A stretch of 32,000 bases of DNA, from contig NC_022093.1 of the NCBI RefSeq assembly GCF_000446015.1, forward strand, positions 1,710,001-1,742,000. Reading direction: 5' to 3'. The translations under genes were made by a program, and so were the position numbers. Source of the DNA: Thermofilum adornatum. Lineage in GTDB: Archaea; Thermoproteota; Thermoprotei; Thermofilales; Thermofilaceae. The notes below the pieces were generated by a model. That model ran no database searches. It worked only from the letters and a program-made list of their open reading frames with translations, and was not told where the DNA came from. Position 1 is the stretch's first letter, and every line of letters begins with the position of its first letter. This document shows positions 1 to 6,515 of the stretch, one piece after another.

Positions 1-331
1 ACTCACAGGTTCCACACGTGTGGCCTATCCATGCTACACCAACCCTTTCCCCTACGAGCCCGTCAACGCCGGCCGATTCTACTACCTTGCCTACGATCTG
101 GTGGCCAGGTATGAGTGGGAGCTTGCACCTTATCCTGCCCTCTATGATGTCTATGTCTGTATAGCAGACGCCGCAGGCCTCGATCTCTATAAGGACTTGA
201 CCCTTTTTGGGGGCAGGCATAGGAACCTCTGTGACCTCAACTGGATCCTCCTTTAGGGGCAACGATGGGTACCGCCTAGCTGAGCCCTCTACAAATATCT
301 CGGCGTTTTCATGGACAATGCCAGCCTTCAT
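1..331 (-). CDS. Zn-dependent alcohol dehydrogenase (MDR family), 5' part; the gene runs off the left edge
   Basis: Absent from the ORF track because no stop lies in the window. My minus-strand translation from ATG 331-329 gives MKAGIVHENAEIF..PMPAPKKGQVLIEIEACGVCYTDIDIIEGRIRCKLPLIPGHQIVGKVVESAGVDGLVGERVGVAWIGHTCGTCE. These are MDR/ADH GroES-like domain motifs: ACGVCxTD, PxIPGH(E/Q)xxG and the start of the structural-Zn CGxC. The + strand ORFs 20..256 and 207..395 are its antisense shadows. Confidence 0.85.
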   Translation of the reverse strand, partial: MKAGIVHENAEIFVEGSARRYPSLPLKEDPVEVTEVPMPAPKKGQVLIEIEACGVCYTDIDIIEGRIRCKLPLIPGHQIVGKVVESAGVDGLVGERVGVAWIGHTCGTCE

Positions 332-509
332 TATGGATGCCTCTTTAAGATATGCTTGTAACCATAAAAAAGTAGTGCATTTTACAGAACTATGAATAAT
401 GTCTTAATCACCTTTACCAATTCTTTTTTTGAGATGTACTTGAATCTTTGGGAGCTAGCTGTAGAATTTTTGAGTATCTAAACTAATGATTAGATTTCCA
501 AACCATAAG

Positions 510-517
510 TTTAAATA
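510..517 (+). promoter_or_regulatory. TATA-box candidate for the peroxiredoxin gene
   Basis: TTTAAATA lies 30 nt upstream of ATG 547 in an AT-rich spacer. The spacing fits an archaeal short-leader or leaderless promoter. Confidence 0.45.
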
Positions 518-546
518 TTTCTACATTTTTATTTGTTTGACCAACT

Positions 547-1206
547 ATGAGCGAAATTAGAATGCCATTGTTGGGTGAAAAAGCGCCAGAATTCACAGCT
601 AAGACGACTCACGGCGTTATCCACTTCCCAGACGACTTTAAAGGGAAATGGGTTGTACTATTTAGCCATCCAGCTGACTTCACGCCTGTATGCACGACTG
701 AGTTTGTGGCTTTCCAGAAAAGGTTCGAGGAATTCGAGAAGCTCAACGTCCAGCTGGTAGGTCTAAGCATTGACCAGGTCTTCAGCCACATTAAGTGGGT
801 TGAATGGATAAGGGAGAAGCTTGGAGTTGAGATAAAGTTCCCAATCATTGCGGACGACACCGGGGAGATAGCTAAAAAATATGGAATGATTCACCCTGGA
901 AAGGGCACCAACACTGTTAGGGCCGTCTTCGTTATCGACCCCAACGGGATAGTGAGGGCTGTACTGTACTACCCGCAGGAGATTGGAAGGAACATGGACG
1001 AGATCCTGAGGCTTGTCAAGGCGTTGCAGACCTCTGACAAGTATGGCGTGGCTCTGCCTGCTAACTGGCCGAACAACGAGCTGATTGACGGCAAGGCAAT
1101 TATTCCGCCTGCAAGCGACGAGAAGACTGCGAAGGAGCGCCTAGAGAAGGCAAAGAAGAAGGAGATCGAGTGCTTTGACTGGTGGTTCTGCTACAAGTCC
1201 ATCTAA
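547..1206 (+). CDS. peroxiredoxin (Prx6/archaeal thioredoxin-peroxidase type)
   Basis: The peroxidatic motif [12 protein letters not shown] is present. The C-terminal CFDWWFCYK cysteine pair is typical of Aeropyrum-type archaeal Prx. Thioredoxin-fold length of 219 aa. Confidence 0.93.
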   Translation: MSEIRMPLLGEKAPEFTAKTTHGVIHFPDDFKGKWVVLFSHPADFTPVCTTEFVAFQKRFEEFEKLNVQLVGLSIDQVFSHIKWVEWIREKLGVEIKFPIIADDTGEIAKKYGMIHPGKGTNTVRAVFVIDPNGIVRAVLYYPQEIGRNMDEILRLVKALQTSDKYGVALPANWPNNELIDGKAIIPPASDEKTAKERLEKAKKKEIECFDWWFCYKSI

Positions 1207-1211
1207 AAATA

Positions 1212-1236
1212 TTTTTTCTTTTTCTATCCTATTTTT
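1212..1236 (+). terminator. oligo-T termination tract after the peroxiredoxin gene
   Basis: T6 (1212-1217), T5 (1219-1223) and T5 (1232-1236) begin 6 nt after the TAA stop. Archaeal RNAP terminates at oligo-T runs. Confidence 0.5.
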
Positions 1237-1448
1237 GTTAACTCTTTTATTCTCGAGTAGAAACTCATCTCCTCGCTGTTGGCTAGATGTATTTCGAATG
1301 GGTGAAAGGGAGGTAGACCAGCTAGCTCCTCTATTTTCAGCTTTAGCTCTGCTCTCTCGATGTTGCTTTTTGGGATCATGTCTGACCTTATGAGTAGGTC
1401 TACGTCGCTCCCGCCAACTGCTTCGCCCCTTACGACGCTACCGAACAC
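1224..1448 (-). CDS. nucleotidyltransferase (MNT, Pol-beta fold) of a HEPN/MNT pair; N-terminus unresolved
   Basis: FGSVVRGEAVGGSDVDLLI is the GSx(n)DxD minimal nucleotidyltransferase motif. The same frame stays open and MNT-like (SIENYIEALIERAKILKNWRPYTEKIAEAAKRVLPDAEVY) up to 1568. It contains no ATG/GTG/TTG before the GTG at 1448. Confidence 0.7.
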   Translation of the reverse strand: MFGSVVRGEAVGGSDVDLLIRSDMIPKSNIERAELKLKIEELAGLPPFHPFEIHLANSEEMSFYSRIKELTKIG

Positions 1449-1548
1449 GTAGACCTCTGCGTCTGGGAGGACTCTTTTTGCGGCCTCTGCTATTTTTTCT
1501 GTGTATGGTCTCCAGTTTTTGAGTATTTTTGCTCTCTCGATTAGTGCC

Positions 1549-1934
1549 TCAATGTAGTTCTCGATACTTCAACACCTCGTGTGCTAGTTTTATGGCTTCT
1601 TGTGCTTCTTCTTTGCTGTATTCTCTTGGGAGATACCTTGTAGCTATGTAAGCATCTTCCAAGAATGCTACTAGACGCTTGTTGTTCTGGTAGACATCAT
1701 ATAGGTTTCTGAGCTCCTCAATTTTTGGAGTAGCTGGAATAGATATGTTAAGGAGTGGGTTCTAGGGTAGTCTCCTAGTTCTTCTAAGAGGATAGATTTT
1801 AGATGGAGTTGTATGGCTTGTTCATGGAGGTAAACGGTGAGGTCGTATTCTCCGTCTTGGTAAGCTGTTTCAGCGGTTTTCCGGAAGGCTTTTGCCCTTT
1901 TTCTAAGAATTTTTACTTCGTCTATGTGTGGCAA
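1549..1934 (-). pseudogene. HEPN-domain protein, split by a frameshift
   Basis: The N-terminal part is the track ORF 1671..1934 (..AIQLHLKSILLEELGDYPRTHSLTYLFQLL). The C-terminal HEPN part is in another frame, which I translated: PKIEELRNLYDVYQNNKRLVAFLEDAYIATRYLPREYSKEEAQEAIKLAHEVLKYRELH, with stop at 1549-1551. The frames can only be joined between 1674 and 1761. An A5 run (minus strand, 1722-1726) lies there. Confidence 0.6.
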
Positions 1935-2043
1935 GGCTCGTCCCTCAAATCCTAGTCAATATACAGTAACATAGTTATTTAATTATTCTTGGCCAAAGTC
2001 GTATCTAGGTCTAAGGTTGATGCATTAGACGAATTAACTTTCA

Positions 2044-3396
2044 TTGTTGTTTCTTGGCAATATTTATTTCCGCGTGGATGTTAAAATATCTGTGCCAAGA
2101 TTTGCTGATTTGCTTGTAGAGGAGGTCAGGAGGAAGAGGGAAGAACTTGCACGTGTGATTGGTGGGGAAGGCGACCTCAGGAACTATTACGGCGAGCTTC
2201 TTAGGAGGGTCTGGTTGAGCGACTTGTCTCAGGACAAGGTTGACGGACGGGTTTATGGGGTTGATAGTAGCTGTGACGATATAGATGTTGTTGGGGGCGG
2301 CTCTATTCTTATTTCTAGGGCAATCGCTCTGAGTGTGGGTGGCAACGAGGTTAGGAAGCTGAGACTGGACGCGTTTTTCCCCAGGGATATCCGGGACCAA
2401 GAGGAGCTGAAAAGGCTCATGCGGGAGCACCTCGAGCACCTTGCTGGGCTGGAGGCTGTCGAGAGAGGGGCGGAGACCGTGCTTATTGATGGCTCTCTCT
2501 ATGCGAGGATGACGCATGTACTGCGCGAGATAAATATTGATGGCTACGAGGACTTCATGTTTGAGTATATCGAGACTTATGCGGGTTTTTTAAGGGAGGC
2601 TTTAAAGAGGAATGTAGCGGTAGTTGGTGTAAGTAAGGATTCGAGGTCCACAGTGCTCAAGGAGGAGCTCTTGATGCTTAAGCTCCGAGAATTAGTGGCA
2701 AGCCTTGAGCCTTCTGTTCGGGAGACTGTTCTCGGCCTGTTCGGGGAGATCAAGCGGCGTCCCCGCGAAGCGCTGGAGGGCTTGAGGCACTTGCTGAAGT
2801 CTGGGGTCTCGATGGAAGTATACGAGTTGTTTAGGAACGCTACCAGTGGGGCTCCAGACAGCAAGATTATTTTTTCTGCTGGTCTTGGCAGAGGGCTGAG
2901 CCTGCCTTTGCAGTTGAGCATCGAGAAGGTTTCCGCTAGGGTCTTTGAGCTCGTTCTCTCTGATTCCCACGAGAAGCTCCTAGGCCTCTTGGAGAGGGTT
3001 TTCCCTGCAACCAGGGACAAGTTGGGAGATTCTTTTCAAGAGAAGGCTTCGAGGATGATAGAGGCGTTAAAGAGTTACCCGCCTATAGCTGTTACATATG
3101 TTGTTCTAGAGCAGGGAGACGACCCTATCAGAGTCGATGTTGCACTAAAGGGAAAGTATCCCACGCGTGGCGAGTCTCATTTCCTAGAGGCTATCCCAGA
3201 GGAGATGCTGAAAGGCCTGAAGAGCATAGCTGGCCTCTATGCTGGTCCAAGAAGCTACAATGTACTGTTGCTCGAGGCAGACAAGAGGGTTAGGACTACA
3301 CATGACACGATGGAGATGTACCACAGGCTGATTATGCAGGAGCTTAAAACACTGGTGATGCATTCACGTAGCGATAGAAGATTCTTCTATCCCTAA
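2044..3396 (+). CDS. nurA: NurA 5'-3' exo/endonuclease
   Basis: NurA-type motifs are present: VYGVDSS (catalytic Asp region), VLIDGSLY and VVGVSKDSRS. It sits next to herA-mre11-rad50. The start is uncertain: TTG 2044, GTG 2074 or GTG 2092. An AATATTTATTT TATA-like stretch at about 2059-2069 would favour 2092. Confidence 0.85.
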   Translation: MLFLGNIYFRVDVKISVPRFADLLVEEVRRKREELARVIGGEGDLRNYYGELLRRVWLSDLSQDKVDGRVYGVDSSCDDIDVVGGGSILISRAIALSVGGNEVRKLRLDAFFPRDIRDQEELKRLMREHLEHLAGLEAVERGAETVLIDGSLYARMTHVLREINIDGYEDFMFEYIETYAGFLREALKRNVAVVGVSKDSRSTVLKEELLMLKLRELVASLEPSVRETVLGLFGEIKRRPREALEGLRHLLKSGVSMEVYELFRNATSGAPDSKIIFSAGLGRGLSLPLQLSIEKVSARVFELVLSDSHEKLLGLLERVFPATRDKLGDSFQEKASRMIEALKSYPPIAVTYVVLEQGDDPIRVDVALKGKYPTRGESHFLEAIPEEMLKGLKSIAGLYAGPRSYNVLLLEADKRVRTTHDTMEMYHRLIMQELKTLVMHSRSDRRFFYP

Positions 3397-3586
3397 CCAA
3401 AATGGCATCGACTTTCCAGTAAGTATTCATGCTCGGAGTAGTTCTTCTAGCTGTCAAGTATAGTTTGTTTCTTAACGGCTCTCTGTCTTCCCTTACATGT
3501 TTCACAATTCTTTCGATACTTATAGCCTCCAAAACGTCACGTAGTTTTTCTAGCCCTTTCTTCTTTGTTTCCATTTTAGATTTCAT
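3344..3586 (-). CDS. hypothetical small basic protein (weak call)
   Basis: An 80-aa ORF in the nurA-herA spacer with a K/E/R-rich helical-looking N-terminal half (KGLEKLRDVLEAISIERIVKHVREDRE). Its last ~17 codons overlap the nurA 3' end convergently. The opposite-strand ORF 3429..3662 is S/L-rich shadow. No family recognised. Confidence 0.3.
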   Translation of the reverse strand: MKSKMETKKKGLEKLRDVLEAISIERIVKHVREDREPLRNKLYLTARRTTPSMNTYWKVDAILVRDRRIFYRYVNASPVF

Positions 3587-3740
3587 AGAACAAGCTCGCC
3601 TTTTTTGGATACTTTCGGTTTTATCTTGGTGGAAGCTTAATAAGGACTATAATGTGGGGTAATATTGTGGAAAAAGAGGCTACCAAGAGAATGGGTTATC
3701 CTTTAAGAGATAAGGTGGATTTTTCCCGAGGGAACCAGGC

Positions 3741-5342
3741 ATGGCTGAGTTAAAGCAGGTTGGGAGGATTGTCGAGGAGTCTACGCCTGAGACTTTCATA
3801 TTTGTAACGAGCAAGGATGTGTATCCAGCGAAGTACGAGTATGTCCTTGTCAAGTCCCGGGAGCTCGTTAATGGGGAGGAGAGGGAAGTAGACGTATTGT
3901 GCCAGGTTGTTGGTGTAGTTAGTAGGAGCACCGCATATACTAGCAAGCTGGACTTCGAAAGCCTGGAGAGGATTTACCAGGCAGGGATAGACGACTCTAA
4001 CCTTCTATGTGTTGCCAGGAGCCTTGGGTTTATCGCGGAGGAAAATGGGAGGAAAACGGTTCTCGTGCCTAGACGGGCGTTTTTCCCGGGGAACCCAGTC
4101 TATCTCGCGCCAGACGGGTTTGTGAGGGAGTTTTTCTCTTATCCGTCGGAAGAGGGGATACACATTGGAAGCCTTGTAAGTAGGACAAGTGTAGACGTGT
4201 ATCTCTCAGTGAACGGGTTCAGGAGACACGTAGCCGTCATAGCCCAGACTGGAGCTGGCAAGTCATATACGGTGGGAGTTATTCTTGAGGAACTGCTGAG
4301 GCTCGGGGCGACTGCCGTCGTGATTGACCCGCATGCTGACTATGTTTTCCTTAGCAGGGACAGGGAGATGAGGAGGCACGAGGCTTCAGACAGGGTTCTG
4401 GTTTTTAGGAATCCTAACAGTACTGGTAGATATGACCCCAGCCAGCTAGACAACGTCCACGAGCTCACGGTGAAGTTTGCAGACCTAGAGCCCGAAGATA
4501 TTGCAAGGATCGCCGGGATACCTGAGAAGTGGAGCAACATTAGGAGCGTCATTAGGAGCGCTGTTGGGGAGCTGAGAAAAACCTCTAATAGCTATACATT
4601 GGACGATTTATTAGAAGAGCTACAGAGACTCATGAAGACCGAAAAGGCCAAGAAAGCAGCAAGCGCTGAGGCTGCCTATAGCCGACTAGTTAGGCTAAAA
4701 AAGTTCAAGGTGTTTGGGAGCGTTACGACGTCTGTCAGGGACGAGATCCTGAAGCCGGGGCACATAAGCGTTATAGACCTCTCGGGCCTCAACGACGCTA
4801 GCCAGGACTACATAGTGAGCTGGGTCCTAGAAGAAATATACCGCCTCAGGTATTCGGGCGAATTCAGGTACCCAGTCTTCATAGTAGTAGAGGAGGCACA
4901 CAGGTTTATTCCAAACAAGTCCCTTAACCGTTCAACCATGTCTTCGGACGTCATCAGGATGATTGCCGCCGAGGGCAGAAAGTTCGGGGTATTCTTGATA
5001 CTGGTCACCCAGAGGCCCAGCAAGATAGACGCGGACGCCCTGAGCCAGTGCAACAGCCAGATAATACTGAGGATAACAAACCCAGCGGACCAGAAGGCTG
5101 TCGCAGAGGCAAGCGAGAGGCTTGGGGCAGAGCTCATGAAGGACCTGCCCGGGCTCAATGTTGGAGAGGCTGTTATTGTGGGTGAGCTTACACGTGTTCC
5201 CGTAATTGTCAAGGTTAGGCATAGGCGAACCAGGGAGGGCGGCGCAGACATAGACCTCGTAGAGGAGCTGAGGAAGGCTAGGAGCGAGATAGGGTTAAAG
5301 ATTAGTAGGGGTAGGAGTGAAGACCTGTTCTCAGAGGTCTAG
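3741..5342 (+). CDS. herA: HerA hexameric DNA helicase/translocase (FtsK-HerA superfamily)
   Basis: Walker A AQTGAGKSYT and Walker B VFIVVEEAHRFIP are present. There is an N-terminal HAS-barrel-length region. The gene lies immediately upstream of mre11 with a 3-nt gap. Confidence 0.92.
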   Translation: MAELKQVGRIVEESTPETFIFVTSKDVYPAKYEYVLVKSRELVNGEEREVDVLCQVVGVVSRSTAYTSKLDFESLERIYQAGIDDSNLLCVARSLGFIAEENGRKTVLVPRRAFFPGNPVYLAPDGFVREFFSYPSEEGIHIGSLVSRTSVDVYLSVNGFRRHVAVIAQTGAGKSYTVGVILEELLRLGATAVVIDPHADYVFLSRDREMRRHEASDRVLVFRNPNSTGRYDPSQLDNVHELTVKFADLEPEDIARIAGIPEKWSNIRSVIRSAVGELRKTSNSYTLDDLLEELQRLMKTEKAKKAASAEAAYSRLVRLKKFKVFGSVTTSVRDEILKPGHISVIDLSGLNDASQDYIVSWVLEEIYRLRYSGEFRYPVFIVVEEAHRFIPNKSLNRSTMSSDVIRMIAAEGRKFGVFLILVTQRPSKIDADALSQCNSQIILRITNPADQKAVAEASERLGAELMKDLPGLNVGEAVIVGELTRVPVIVKVRHRRTREGGADIDLVEELRKARSEIGLKISRGRSEDLFSEV

Positions 5343-5345
5343 GAC

Positions 5346-6515
5346 ATGATTAGGGTCGTCCACACGGCTGACAATCACTTGGACCCAAAGTTCAGCTTCC
5401 TCGGCGCTAAGAGGTTTGAGCGTAGACAGGACTTCTTCAACTCTTTCCGCAGAGTTGTAGAGTTTGCCCTAGAGAGAAAGGCCCACATTGTTCTGGTTTC
5501 GGGAGACCTCTTCGACTCTGTCAATCCGAGAAACCCGATAAGGACGCAGGTCATAAGGCTATTCAGGAGGCTGTCCAGCGAGGGCATCAGGGTCTTCATG
5601 ATTGCTGGCAACCATGACATGCCGAGGAGCCTGGAGGAGGGAATGTCTCCACTACAGGAAATAGAGGCCGCCGGCTATGCGAGGTTCTTCTCGAAGACCA
5701 GCGAGGTCGAGGTCGAGCACCTCTACATTGAGGGTTTAGACGTAGCTATAACAGGCCTGAGCTATGACCACACTGTTGGGCTAGACGAGAACCCGCTGAA
5801 AAAGAACAATGTAAAGCTTCCAGATGAGGGCGACGTCGCGATAGCCATGCTTCACTACAACTTTAGCGGGATAAGTGTACCGCCGAGCTGGAGGGCCCCC
5901 AAGGTTTCATGGGAAGACATCCCAGAAAACTACCGCTACGTTGCTCTTGGACACGTGCATACAAGCATGACCCTTCCACTCAGGGGAAAGACCCTTGTAG
6001 CTTATCCTGGAAGCACAGAGAGGAGAAGCTTCCAAGAAGAGGGAGACGAGGCAAAGGGCTTCCTATATGTAGAGCTAGGCCATGACTCTCTGCCAAGGGC
6101 AGAGTTTGTCCCAGTGCCAACGAGGCCAATGAAGACTGTAAAGGTAACGCTGAGCGAAGAAACGGAGGACCCGTTGAGAGAAATCGTGTCCAGGCTACCG
6201 GCACCCAACAAAGACCTTTTGCTTCGACTCGTCGTTGACGGAACGCTTCCCTTAAACAAGGTGTCTAGGTACAACAGGGCGGCACTGCTTAGAGAACTCG
6301 AGGAAAGGTTCTTCGCCGCCACAATTGATGATATTGACCTCAAGTGCACCATGCAGAAAATAGTCAGCATGGGCAACGAGGTGAAGAGCCCGATAGAGGC
6401 CTTTGAGGAAGCAGTAAGGGAGCTACTTTCTAAGGCGGAGGGCGAAGAAAGGGAAGTCTTCAACTTGGCGCTTGAAATTGGTAGAAAGGTTCTAGAGGAG
6501 AGCGGGGCATGGTGA
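5346..6515 (+). CDS. mre11: Mre11 nuclease (calcineurin-like phosphoesterase)
   Basis: Phosphoesterase motifs HTADNHLD, VSGDLFD, IAGNHD and GHVH are present. The stop overlaps the rad50 start (ATGGTGA). Confidence 0.92.
   Translation: MIRVVHTADNHLDPKFSFLGAKRFERRQDFFNSFRRVVEFALERKAHIVLVSGDLFDSVNPRNPIRTQVIRLFRRLSSEGIRVFMIAGNHDMPRSLEEGMSPLQEIEAAGYARFFSKTSEVEVEHLYIEGLDVAITGLSYDHTVGLDENPLKKNNVKLPDEGDVAIAMLHYNFSGISVPPSWRAPKVSWEDIPENYRYVALGHVHTSMTLPLRGKTLVAYPGSTERRSFQEEGDEAKGFLYVELGHDSLPRAEFVPVPTRPMKTVKVTLSEETEDPLREIVSRLPAPNKDLLLRLVVDGTLPLNKVSRYNRAALLRELEERFFAATIDDIDLKCTMQKIVSMGNEVKSPIEAFEEAVRELLSKAEGEEREVFNLALEIGRKVLEESGAW

Noticed and set aside
20-395. Plus-strand ORFs 20..256 and 207..395 from the track
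   Set aside because: They lie antisense to a clear minus-strand alcohol-dehydrogenase reading frame (1..331) with MDR motifs. Their own sequences match no family I recognise.
2041-3020. Minus-strand ORFs 2041..2517, 2577..3020 and 2692..2970 inside nurA. Also the many S/L/F-rich ORFs antisense to herA, mre11 and rad50 (e.g. 4808..5251, 6002..6463, 7135..7620, 8341..8661).
   Set aside because: They have typical shadow-ORF composition (Ser/Leu/Phe-rich mirrors of K/E-rich genes). Each is fully contained in a gene with strong motif support on the other strand.
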